DNA of 64,000 nucleotides from Eledone cirrhosa (taxonomy: Eukaryota): the NCBI GenBank assembly GCA_964016885.1, contig OZ024749.1, positions 28,086,001 through 28,150,000 on the forward strand, given 5' to 3'. This document shows positions 52,795 through 64,000 of this stretch, one piece after another; position 1 is the first letter of the stretch; the number at the start of each line of letters is the position of its first letter. Position numbers and translations under genes: made by a program. The notes under the pieces are model-generated. The model was not told the DNA's origin, ran no database searches, and saw nothing but the letters and a program-made list of their open reading frames with translations.

Positions 52795-55438
52795 CATCAT
52801 CATCATCATCATCATTTTACGTCAGCTTTTCCCTGCTTGCAAGGGTGGGACGGGTTTTATTCAGCATCTCTCCACTCGTCACGGTCCCTCGTCATCTCCA
52901 CCATGAGCTTCAATGATCTGAGGTCTGTTCTCACCACCTCCGCCCATGTTTTTCGTGGTCTACCTCTACCACGTCTTCCTTCAACTGGCAATTCCTGGCA
53001 CTTCTTCACCCATCGGTCATCCTCCATGCGCATCACATGTCCATACCATCTCAGTCTCCTCTCCCGTACACTAAATTCTATCCCTCTCAGACACAGTTTC
53101 TCTCTCAACCCATTTATGCTGGGTCGTTCATGCACATTTACACTGCACATCTAACGGAGCATGCTTGCCTCATTTCTCTCCAGCCGTCGCATATCCTCTG
53201 CAGTTGCTGCCCATGTCTCACTACCATGCAGCATCGCGCTCCTCACACAGGCATCATACAACCAGCCTTTCGTACGCAGGGAGAAACCCTTCTTCGTCAA
53301 CAGAGGAAGCAGCTCCCTAAACTTCTTCCAACCCGTCCTTATTCTAGATACTATGGCTTCGGAACAGCCTCCTCCCATGCTAATCTGATCTCCTAGGTAC
53401 TGGAAGCTATCCACCACTTCTATAGCGCCCTCTTGCATTTGAAAAATGTGTCTATCAATGCGACTTCTACTGTCTAATTTCCCTGTACATCTACTGCATA
53501 CATATTTCTCCCTACCTGTTAGTTTGCCTGCTATCCCGCTACATCTCTTGTGTACCCAGGATCTGCATTGTGTGCATTTTATAGAATTTATGCTAGTTCC
53601 TTTTCTGCATATCGAACATGGCCATTTCCCTGACGGAATCAGGGTTTTGTCCTCTTTTCTACTCATCAACACTTTTGTCTTAGCTAGATTCACTCTCAGT
53701 CCTCTTGCTTCCAACTGCTGTTTCCATAGCCAGAATTTTTTCTCTAGCTCCTCTACTGATTCTGCTATAAGAACCAGATCATCAGCATAGAGAAGTTCCC
53801 ATGGACAGCCAGTCTTAAACTCCTCTGTTATGGCTCGGAGGACTATAATGAACAAGAGCGGGCTGAGGACCGAACCCTGATGTACTCCTACTTGTATCTG
53901 GAATTCCTCACTAAACTCCATTCCTACCCTGACTTTACTGAGAGTACCTCTGTACAAAGTTTGCACTGTCCTCACAAGCCATTCCTCAACACCTAGCTTC
54001 CTTAGGGACCACCAGATGACAGATCGGGGTACCCTATCAAAGGCCTTCTCTAGGTCAACAAAGGCTAAGTATAGTGGCTTATTCTTCTCTAAGAACCTCT
54101 CTTGAAATTGTATCACCAAGAAGAGGGCATCTGTTGTACTCTTCCCAGGCACAAAACCAAACTGCATCTCATCTAGTTTGACCCTTTCTCTAATTAGTTG
54201 TGCTAAAATCCTTTCTGCCACTTTCATAACCTGATCTATCAGTTTTATACCCCTATAATTGCTCCTCTCCAAAGCATCCCCTTTACCTTTGTAGCAATTT
54301 ATGAGAATACTGCTGCACCAGTCTTTGGGTATGACACCACCATATATAGCCTGATTGATGATGCGTGCAACCAGTTTAGTGCCTACGTCCCCTGATGCCT
54401 TCAGCATCTCAGCAACTATTCCCGATGGTCCGGCAGCCTTACCATTTTTCATTTCCCTAATCGCCTCTTGGACCCTATATTCGTCAATCTCAATAGCTGG
54501 TCCCTTTGTCGGATCCACCAAGGGTAATTTCTCTCTCACCCATTCATTCTACACATTCATCAGTCTCTCATAATGACATTTCCAGGCCTCCTTTTTCTGA
54601 TCATTCGTGACACTAAGTACACCGTCATCATCCCGGACACATTTATCTCCAACAACATCTTGATTTGCATTGACACACTGCCTTGCAATGTGGAACACCG
54701 CACGCCTCTGATCTTCCCGTCGCAGAACATTGGCAAACCTCCTACTCTCTGCCTCCCTGTGTGCTAAGTACACCTGATGTCTAGCTTCTCTCTTAGTGGC
54801 TGTATATACTTCCCTACTCCCACCCTTTTTCCAAGCCTTCCATGCTAGTCTTTTGTCTCTAATAGCCTTATCTACTGTGCTGTTCCACCACCAGGTCACT
54901 CTCTGTCTGGTTGGAGCTCTGCTCCAGGCACAGGTTTCATCAGTAGCCTGCAGCAAGTTGTCACGTAAGAAATTCCAGTTATTATCTATGCCATACGTCT
55001 CTAAATCGTCTTCTTTTTCGTCATATACATCTTGAAGGGCTTTCCTAAATTTGTATTTTAGTGAAAGGTCTTTTAGCTTCCAGACCTTTCTTCTCCACAC
55101 CTTCCTATATGTCTCATTCCATCTCTTGCTTACTTAGATATCACTAACAACTAACCTATGATGTGGGGTAAATTCTTCCCCAGGGTATGCCTTGGTATTA
55201 GACACTATCTGCCTGTCCGGCTGCCTAACTAGCAGGAAGTTAATCTGGCTTATGTGCTCACCAGATTTGTAGGTTATTAGGTGATTGGCAGGTTTCTGGA
55301 AGTTTGTGTTGCAAATAGTCAATGTACTCGCATCACAAAATTCAAGAAGTCTCACTCCTTCTTCATTTCTTGAACCGTAACCGTGCCCACCAGGTACCCC
55401 AGTGTAACCATCCTGGAGCTGTCCAACATGACCATTGA
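52795..55438 (-). mobile_element. RTE family A, 5'-truncated within the APE domain
   Basis: ORFs 55134-55487, 54549-55100, 53151-54539 (RT, YADD) and 52857-53150. Confidence 0.93.
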
Positions 55439-55789
55439 ATATATATATATATATATATAAAATAAAGAAGGTGTGGTAAGATACCATAATGCACCAGAGT
55501 ATTCGATACTTAGGGTAGTAGAGTGGGTAATAGGGAAAAGCTCCGGCCGTTTCGACAGCTAGATCTGAATGCAGGATCTAACTGTCGATACGGCCGGAGC
55601 TCAGCCATTGGGGTCACAACAGAGACGTGTGAAATCGCTCATAATTAAATAGCTCTGTAGCATACATAGAACACTCTCCTTTCCTTTACCCTTCCTATGG
55701 AACATGAATGGACCTATTATTTTTATCTAAAGACATTTTTTCCAATTCCATCCCACCCGTCCCCTCAATCTATCTTATTTCTCATTCTT

Positions 55790-55825
55790 TCTTCTGATGA
55801 AGGACTAGCGTCCGAAATGTTAAGA
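55790..55825 (+). ncRNA. Minimal type I hammerhead
   Basis: tctt-CTGATGA-a-ggac tagc gtcc-GAAA(t)GTT-aaga. The sister half-copy near 23725 retains gtccGAAACGTTaaga. Confidence 0.7.
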
Positions 55826-55957
55826 CTCCTATCAAGCGTTAACCTAATATATACCTTCCATATACTGTACCGATTGTGTTGTTATTTCTGTTTACCTTTT
55901 ACATATATATATATATAAAGTGACGATAAGAATTGCAGCTTTTTGTAAACTTTATTC

Positions 55958-56042
55958 CATATTACAATTGTTTCTATATCGATCAGCTCGGGTTTGATAT
56001 GTGATTGGATCCTGACTCTTAATCAACGTTTCTTCAGATATG
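55958..56042 (-). ncRNA. Type I hammerhead
   Basis: Minus strand catat-CTGAAGA-stem II (gttgatta/tgatcgat)-GAAAC aatt GTA-atatg, then aataaa. Confidence 0.72.
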
Positions 56043-56569
56043 AGAGTTTACATGGGTGATCCCATCCAAATTGTTGACATACATCCCGTCTTTGTTTTAT
56101 ATACATGTTATTGGGTTATGGTAGATTGGTGGGAGACGGGAGTGGGTAGATGGGGGATAGAGATTTTCAATATGACAGAGATGATATTCTTATTGTCACT
56201 TTATATACATTCAGCAAACTATAGCCACTTTAAACTTGGAGCACAACCCAACGAGAGATGGACACAGTAACAGCATTGAGTGCTTCGACCAGCATCGCTA
56301 CTAGGAACTACAAGTTGCCTACATAATAACCATGTATATAACTATGTATATATAGATGGTTCAGTAGATTTGTGGTTTACTGAGAAGGGTACCAAAATCA
56401 GCACTCTATACTAAGGCAGAGTGTGTATATTGAAAACAAAGCATGGTTTCATATTAATGTGTGTCCCTTGGTGTGCGTGGTGATTGGTCAATACCCATAT
56501 TTGGTGGTGTGTTCATATCGTCTGGTATGGGATGCAATCAGATAAGAATTTGGCTTTGCTTGATTAACA

Positions 56570-56653
56570 AGTCTGATGAGCAGATAGGACTGGAGCTGGG
56601 TCTATAGCATTAATTTAGATCCTGAGCCACCCATCAGTGAAACGGTCGTAACT
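56570..56653 (+). ncRNA. Type I hammerhead, long imperfect stem II
   Basis: agt-CTGATGA-...-GAAAC ggtc GTA-act, then aataaa. Confidence 0.6.
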
Positions 56654-57107
56654 GTGTATAATCAATAAAGACCTTAATGAGAAACTTCGCTTTTTTTTCA
56701 ATATATACATATATATATACACAAATTTTCGAAGGTTTCTTAGTAGTTTTCATGACGTTATTATTGTTAATTTTACTGGTGTATTAACTTGGATATTTAC
56801 TATGCGGTATTCTAATTCTATCGTATCTCTCTCGGTTATTTACCATGCGACCCTCAGTGCCTACCTCACAATTTCCCTCCCACCCCAACACACCACCATA
56901 GCCTATTCGACCAATCAAACCTCAGCATGCCATTTCCACTGCTGCTGCTGCTACTACCTACCTAACAAACTCTCTCCTCCTCTGGCGCAGCCCAACACAC
57001 CCTGCCATTACCCCACCACCACTGTTCTTCTAGCCCTCAATTTTCCCACCGTTATGGATGGATGAGCTGAGAATACATTTGAGCAACTCTGAATCAATAG
57101 ATGAAAT

Positions 57108-60100
57108 ATGAATCTGCGAGCTACCAAGCACCCACGTGAAGCGCCAACCCAGAGACCCTCCCCTACGAGTGTCGACAAATGCCCAAAACTCCGAGTTGGT
57201 ACCATCAATGTAGGCTCAATGAAAGGAAGAGCAGGAGAAATCGTAGAAATGCTAGAGCGAAAGGAAGTTGATGTATGCTGTGTGCAAGAGACTAGATGGA
57301 GAGGAGAGTCTGCTAGAGTCCTTGTAGGAAAAAGCCAGTGCTACAAATTTTTCTGGGTGGGAAATGACGATGGGATGGGTGGTGTAGGTATACTATTAGC
57401 TGACAAGTGGGTAGATAAAGTAATCTCAGTGTACAGGGTAAATGCAAGAATCATTAAACTCAGACTAGTCCTGAATAAGACAATTACCACAATAATATCA
57501 GCTTACGCACCCCAATCGGGGCTGCCAGACGAACTTAAGGATAGGTTTTACGAGTCCCTAATACACACTACTGCTCTAACAGACGACAAGGACTTCCTAA
57601 TCATCGCAGGAGATTTTAACGGACACGTAGGTAAACACTGCGACGGCTTCAATAGAGTACATGGAGGCCATGGAATTGGCACAAGGAATGAGGAAGGATT
57701 CAGACTTCTAGAATTCTGCGACGCCAATGACATGTCGATATGTAACACAAACTTTAAAAAACCCGACAACCACCTGATCACCTATAGATCAGGGGAGCAC
57801 TCTAGTCAGTTAGATTTTATCCTCATCAGAGGACGTGACAGATGGACAGTCGTAAACACAAAAGCCTTCCCTAGTGAGGAATGTACATCCCAACATAGCT
57901 TAGTTGTCAGCGACCTCACGGTCAGAACTAGACGAACCCGGAAACAGAGGCCAACCTGGAGAAGAAAGATCTGGAAGCTGAAAGTCCCCTCAACCAGTAA
58001 CAGATTTAAAGATATTTTACTCAACGCCTACAACAGTAAAGAAGAACAGATAGAGACATTTAACGTAGAAGAGAACTGGGAGTTCCTAAAAAATAATTTA
58101 CTAGAGGCGACGGATGAGGTCTGTGGCTGGAGTAAGACCTCAAGCAGGAGGAGAGTGACTTGGTGGTGGAACAATAAGGTAGATGAGGCAGTTAAGGCCA
58201 AGAGACAGGCATGGAAAGAATGGAAGAATGGGGGGAGCAGGGTACATTACATAGAGACCAAGAGGGAAGCTAGGCGACAAGTATACTTAGCTAGGAGGGA
58301 AGCAGAGGATAGAAAATTCAAGCATGTTTTACAACGTGGGGACCAGAAACAGGAGGTATTCAAGATTGCGAGGCAGTGTGTCAGAGATAGTTGTGATGTC
58401 ATTGGAGAGAAGTGTATCCGGAATGATAAAGGTGAGCTTGCCCTCACAAGTGCTGAGAAGAAAGATGCATGGAAGAGTCATTATGATAGATTACTAAATG
58501 AGGAGAATGCATGGGAAGAAGAGACCCTACCCCAAGTAGACCCTATAGAGGGACCAGCAGTACAAGTCAGCAGCAGCGTAGTAAGTAAGGCAATCAAAGA
58601 TATGAAGATGGGGAAGGCAACCGGTCCATCGGGTATAGCTGCCGAGATGCTGAAGGCATCTGGGTCTGTAGGTCACACTATAACCACACGTATCGTTAAC
58701 CAGGTAATACTAGAAGGGGCCATACCAAAAGATTGGTGCAGTAGCATCATTGTCAACTGCTACAAAGGTAAAGGCGATGCACTAGATAGAGGAAACTATA
58801 GAGGTATAAAGTTGATGGACCAGGTCATGAAAGTAACAGAAAGAGTTATAGCACAGCTGATTACGGACCGGGTGAATATAGACGAGATGCAATTTGGGTT
58901 TGTACCAGGAAGAGGCACCACTGATGCCCTCTTCCTTGTGAGGCAATTACAGGAAAAGTACCTAGCTAAAAGTAAGCCACTCTACTTGGCATTTGTCGAC
59001 CTTGAGAAAGCCTTTGACAGAGTTCCACGTGCTGTAATCTGGTGGGCTCTTAGAAAACTAGGAGTAGATGAATGGCTTGTGAAAGCGGTACAAGCCATGT
59101 ATAGGGGAGCAGTCAGCAAAGTTAGGATTAACAATGAGTATAGCGAGGAATTTAGCGTACAGGTTGGGGTCCACCAGGGCTCTGTTCTTAGCCCTCTCCT
59201 GTTCATCATAGTCCTGCAGGCAATAACGGAGGAGTTTAAGACCGGATGCCCATGGGAACTCCTGTATGCTGATGACCTCGCACTCATAGCTGAATCTATG
59301 GTAGAACTAGAGAATAAATTCCAAACCTGGAACCAGGGACTAGAGAGAAAGGGTCTCAAAGTCAACATGACAAAGACTAAGGTCCTTGTAAGTAGACGAG
59401 AAAACAGAACCCAGATCCCCTCAGGGAAATGGCCTTGCTCAGTATGTAGGAAAGGTGTAGGTAGGAACTCCATTCTCTGCCCCAAATGCAAACAATGGGT
59501 ACACAAGAGATGTAGCGGGATCTCAGGAAGCTTAATTAAGAATGTAGGATTCACATGCAGCAGCTGTGCTGAAACAGCAAGCAGCAAACAGCCACAGGAA
59601 ACAAGTACCACCAATCTCTGGGAGGGCCCTGTAGAAACAGTAGGCAGCTTCTGCTACCTAGGTGACCGAATTAGCAACGGAGGTGGGTGTTCAGAAAGTA
59701 CAATAACTAGGGTAAGAACGGGATGGAAGAAGTTTAGGGAACTACTACCACTGCTAGCTGCAAAAGGCTTCTCCCTCAGAATGAAAGGCAGACTGTATGA
59801 TGCGTGTATCCGAACAGCGATGTTGCATGGTAGTGAGACCTGGGCGCTGAAGGTGGAAGACTTACGTAGATTAGAGAGAAACGAAGCCTGCATGCTCCGA
59901 TGGATGTGTAACAGTAATATACGTGAACGACAAAGCATAAATGAATTGAGAGAGAGACTGAGCATAAGAGGAATCAAATGCTGTGTGCAGGAGAGGCGGT
60001 TGCGCTGGTATGGACATGTGATGCGTATGAAGGATGACAGCTGCATAGAAAGGTGCAGAGCACTAGAAGTTGATGGAAACCACGGAGTGGGGAGACCCAA

Positions 60101-60230
60101 GATGACCTGGGATGAGGTGATAAAAGCCGACCTTACCCAATTACACCTCTCAAAGACAATGACACACGACCGTGACTTCTGGCGTCACGCAGTAATACAG
60201 AGTACCCGACCTCCCATGGGTACATGCTGA
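57108..60230 (+). CDS. Intact RTE-clade LINE ORF (family B): AP endonuclease + RT with PHD-type finger insertion
   Basis: 1040 aa with no stop. GTINVG, VQETRW, AYAPQ, GDFNGHVG, LDFI, SQHSLV; GPSGI, NYRGI, QFGF, VDLEKAFD, GVHQGSVLSP, YADD, FCYLG, RLRWYGHV, GRPK. Confidence 0.96.
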   Translation: MNLRATKHPREAPTQRPSPTSVDKCPKLRVGTINVGSMKGRAGEIVEMLERKEVDVCCVQETRWRGESARVLVGKSQCYKFFWVGNDDGMGGVGILLADKWVDKVISVYRVNARIIKLRLVLNKTITTIISAYAPQSGLPDELKDRFYESLIHTTALTDDKDFLIIAGDFNGHVGKHCDGFNRVHGGHGIGTRNEEGFRLLEFCDANDMSICNTNFKKPDNHLITYRSGEHSSQLDFILIRGRDRWTVVNTKAFPSEECTSQHSLVVSDLTVRTRRTRKQRPTWRRKIWKLKVPSTSNRFKDILLNAYNSKEEQIETFNVEENWEFLKNNLLEATDEVCGWSKTSSRRRVTWWWNNKVDEAVKAKRQAWKEWKNGGSRVHYIETKREARRQVYLARREAEDRKFKHVLQRGDQKQEVFKIARQCVRDSCDVIGEKCIRNDKGELALTSAEKKDAWKSHYDRLLNEENAWEEETLPQVDPIEGPAVQVSSSVVSKAIKDMKMGKATGPSGIAAEMLKASGSVGHTITTRIVNQVILEGAIPKDWCSSIIVNCYKGKGDALDRGNYRGIKLMDQVMKVTERVIAQLITDRVNIDEMQFGFVPGRGTTDALFLVRQLQEKYLAKSKPLYLAFVDLEKAFDRVPRAVIWWALRKLGVDEWLVKAVQAMYRGAVSKVRINNEYSEEFSVQVGVHQGSVLSPLLFIIVLQAITEEFKTGCPWELLYADDLALIAESMVELENKFQTWNQGLERKGLKVNMTKTKVLVSRRENRTQIPSGKWPCSVCRKGVGRNSILCPKCKQWVHKRCSGISGSLIKNVGFTCSSCAETASSKQPQETSTTNLWEGPVETVGSFCYLGDRISNGGGCSESTITRVRTGWKKFRELLPLLAAKGFSLRMKGRLYDACIRTAMLHGSETWALKVEDLRRLERNEACMLRWMCNSNIRERQSINELRERLSIRGIKCCVQERRLRWYGHVMRMKDDSCIERCRALEVDGNHGVGRPKMTWDEVIKADLTQLHLSKTMTHDRDFWRHAVIQSTRPPMGTC

Positions 60231-60522
60231 AGCATATAAACAATATGCCCCCACACCCTCCACCGCAAGGTGGTCGTGGAGGTGCCACGGCAAAAAAGCA
60301 CCCAGCCCACACTGTAAAGTGGACGTGTAGGCGCCACGAAAAAGCACCCAGCACTCACTGTAAATGAGGTTGGTGTTAGGAAGGGCATCCAGCTGTAGAA
60401 ATCAAGCCAGATCAGTTCCTGTATGAGCAAGGCATGGTCAGCCGACCAGACACTGCACACAACAGGACAACCCGTCTAACCCATGCTAGCGTGGAAGAAC
60501 GGACGTAAAACGGTGATGATGA
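60231..60522 (+). mobile_element. 3' UTR and tail of the RTE family B element
   Basis: Repeated aaaaagcacccag..cactgtaaa unit, aggaagggcatccagctgtagaaa, cccatgctagcgtggaagaacggacgtaaaacggtgatgatg. Confidence 0.85.
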
Positions 60523-60532
60523 CATACATACA

Positions 60533-60750
60533 CAGGTTGTTTAAAAAAAATTGATATCATTGGCTTGTTTCCAAGGTTATCACATTAAAATATATATTGT
60601 GAATAATCACTGTTGTAATGTTGACAAATTTTGAGGAATAAATTCTATGTCACCCAACATTAAGTCTGTTCAGTCTCATCATCTTAGACTGTGTAATTTC
60701 TGGGATATTTACATCTCAAATGATATCTAATTTTTTGAAACACCCTCTAC
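60533..60750. mobile_element. Tc1/mariner-type MITE
   Basis: Imperfect TIRs caggttgtttaaaaaaaattgatatcatt / aatgatatctaattttttgaaacaccct. Confidence 0.55.
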
Positions 60751-60797
60751 ATTTTCCATGCAAGCATGGAAAAGCAGACATTAAAACGATGATGATG

Positions 60798-60881
<84 letters not shown>

Positions 60882-61408
60882 ATGTAACATCCAGTTACTT
60901 TAGGTTCACCCAAATGAACACTCGATGTGTAGAACTAAGCAGAGTGTAATTATAATAATAATAAAAAGAACGAATCTGTCATTACCACAGCAGAAGTCTG
61001 GCGAGCTTTTGATTCCAGAGTCAAGCTACATCGATACAGATTGAACCTTGAGCTGATCAATAACGATACACTCATCACACTACTCAATAAACGTAATGAA
61101 GACATAACAAATTGTCCTTTTTATTATTATTATTATAATATATATATATATATATGTACATTTTATTAAGGAGTTTCAACTGTTTATCACAGTCATCAGA
61201 TAAGTCCTTGACTGATGACCCTGTGATAATCAGGCAAAACTCCAGAGTAACAAGACTCACTATTCAGCCTTAATAAAATGAATATTAAGACTCTACATTG
61301 GTACTGAGTACTCTTTTCTTTCAGCCGTCAACCACATAAGGATATATATATACACACACACAACCCCCCCCCCCCCCACTTCATGAGCCCTTACAGTATA
61401 TATATATA

Positions 61409-62310
61409 TATACGATATTAAACAAATGGAAACTATATTTATAAAACCATATTTATTTCATTATACATATTTCAGGGATACCATATTAAAAATATGGCAT
61501 GCCTTCGTCAGATAAAATACAATATATAAACAGTTTTATAAATAATTTTGACGTACCATAATATAAGCGACCATTAAATTAGGAGGCTGCCTTGGTAGTG
61601 ATGTGTTTATAATTATTTAGTTATAGTGTTAAGCACAGTTAGAAAAAAGACAGAGAAAAAGAAGAAACGGAGGTAAAGAAAAACAGAGAGAGAGAGGGGA
61701 GAGAGAAAAGGAGGAGGTGAAAAAAGAGAGGCAACCGAAAGCAACAGATAAATATTAATAATTCACCATACATATAGAGAGATTCAAGAGCGAGGGAGTA
61801 CTATATAGAGAGAGAGGACAGTAATTATTTAGTTATAGTGTTAAGCACAGTTAGAGAAAAGACGGAGAGAAAGAAAAAAATGGAGATAAAGAGAAAACGG
61901 AGAGAGAGAGGGGGGAGGAAAAGAAAGAGAGAGAGAAAATATAACTAGATAGGGGGAAGTGAAAAAAACAAGAGAGAAATAAGAAAGAAATATGAGAGGC
62001 AAAACCAAAGCGACAGATACATAATACTTCATCATATATATAGATAAGCACAAGAGAGAGGAGAGAGAGCTATACATAGAGAGAGAAGGATACTATAACT
62101 AAATAATTATAAACACATCACTACCAAGGCAGCCTCCTAATTTAATGGTCGCTTATATTATGGTACGTCAAAATTATTTATAAAACTGTTTATATATTGT
62201 ATTTTATCTGACGAAGGCATGCCATATTTTTAATATGGTATCCCTGAAATATGTATAATGAAATAAATATGGTTTTATAAATATAGTTTCCATTTGTTTA
62301 ATATCGTATA
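61409..62310. repeat. Apparently perfect inverted repeat (arms 61409-61627 and 62092-62310), each arm with a hammerhead motif
   Basis: The arms are exact reverse complements by eye. Plus-strand hammerhead at 62200-62265: tattttat-CTGACGA-..gccatatt/aatatggt..-GAAA tatgta TA-atgaaata. Confidence 0.9.
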
Positions 62311-62393
62311 TCTACTCCCAAAACTTGTCGAGTGCTTTATATCAGTTATAAAATATTTACTTGTTGTAACCCAACAATTTTAAATAAAACTTT

Positions 62394-62446
<53 letters not shown>

Positions 62447-63309
62447 GTGTGTAAAAGTTAAATTTTTCAGACCATCTTTTGAGGTTGAATATATGGATTC
62501 TACCTTGAAATTCAAGCTAGAATGCAAAATACCATATTAGTAGCAGAAGCCCAACTGACCTCTAAACAAATAAAAACAAAAAAACACAATGAATTACAGT
62601 AATATTACTGATTCTCTACATCAAAACACACATCCTAATAAATAACAAAATCCATAAACAAGGTCATGTAACTCTTATGAATATTCACACTTGTTCTTTT
62701 AGTTGTATCTATCAACCTTAACAGACTAGCTTTGTGGAATCAATTTATATCTCATAATTACTGTTTATTACCATGGGTAATATATCTACTGGTGTGCCAC
62801 TACCTACCGTTTTACTATAAGCACCGAGCATTCCACTAAAAGCATTTCAGCTGTAGCGCAGGCTACAATAAGGTGGACACACATTTGAGTAAATTTTTAG
62901 TTTCAGACATATTTGCAATAATATAAATTTGCCTTAAGTTCAAGAGGATTTTGTAATGTGTTATTTCTACATACAGGATGATATCTTCATTCAGAAATGT
63001 TAACCTTTATTTGTGATAAACTAGGGTCAAATTTATACAAGTTCCAAGGAAAATTCCAGATATTTGGGTAAAAACAGGATGTTGAATTTTACATAAGATT
63101 GACTATTACTCAAGTATATATGGTGTGTGTGTGTGTGTGAGTGTGTATATATATATATAATATTAAACAATGAATGAATATATATTTGTATCTCACTCTA
63201 TGCATATACATATGTGTGTGTGTATTTGTGTATATATCATCCTATATATATATATATATATTTATTTATATAGAAGGATTTAAATGGATACAGTTTAGTT
63301 AAAAGGAAT

Positions 63310-63430
63310 TTATTGACACGTGTTTCAATAACAATTACATAACCTGAAAACAGCTGCTATCTACAAAGTATTAGTTATACAGACATTCAATATTTCAATG
63401 TTATTATCAACTGTCATTTCATCAGAATAA
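63310..63430 (-). ncRNA. Intact-core type I hammerhead with ~70-nt loop II
   Basis: Minus strand ttatt-CTGATGA-aatgacagtt...aattgttatt-GAAAC acgt GTC-aataa. Confidence 0.78.
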
Positions 63431-63952
63431 TTTTACTGAGGACCTGTTTGGTTTTTATAGAGAATATTAGGAGGGAGGGGTGAAGTTGTTAGAATAGTTG
63501 AGGGAGTGGTTTTTTGATAGCAGTGAGAATTTTTGGTGGCAGTGAGTAATTAGATTCCCATCTGTTGTTTTGACATTTTTATAGAATATATTATTGGTTA
63601 TTTTTCTAAATCTATAGAAGGATTAGAGATAATATAGATATGCATGGTTGGTTTTGTGTTTGCACTTAATTAACATTCAGACTTAAATTTTTCTTTCAGG
63701 TGTACGTATCCTTTCGCCCACGCATTCACACACAAACATATATGCACACCTCTACAAAATACATATACTCACATACACATACTTACATGCTCATACTTAC
63801 ATACATATACACATGCACACATATATATATACATATATATACACATATATACATGTACATACATACGCATCCATGTGTATACATTTTCATACTCAACTTA
63901 TCTTTATATACACACGTATAGACACACACATATATACATACATACTCCAGTC

Positions 63953-63989
<37 letters not shown>

Positions 63990-64000
63990 ACTTTAATACA

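Noticed and set aside
46467-60100. Antisense and alternate-frame ORFs over the RTE elements (likewise over the CR1 and PLE copies)
   Set aside because: Shadow ORFs of the coding strand with no independent motifs.

Overview
Eukaryotic, AT-rich, microsatellite-saturated DNA with no confidently identifiable host gene. The SINE/RTE repertoire suggests an octopod cephalopod (inference). The window is a nested transposon landscape. It holds one intact 1040-aa RTE LINE (APE-RT with a PHD-type finger inserted inside the RT), four decayed copies of a sister RTE, and two CR1-clade LINEs. It also holds a near-intact Penelope-like element (RT + GIY-YIG) with an inverted 3' duplication, other PLE remnants, an internally deleted mariner, piggyBac/hAT/Tc1-type MITEs, two tRNA-derived SINE families and several minisatellites. 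The most notable signal outside the ORF track is a dense set of more than a dozen type-I hammerhead-ribozyme motifs from many unrelated sequence families. Many have palindromic stem III or unusually long stem II, sit next to (TA)n tracts, and often occur as inverted pairs. Other highlights are a SINE whose tail is a chimera of two RTE families present in the window, and a 2.4-kb 17-mer satellite born inside a SINE. All alignments and folds were done by eye.
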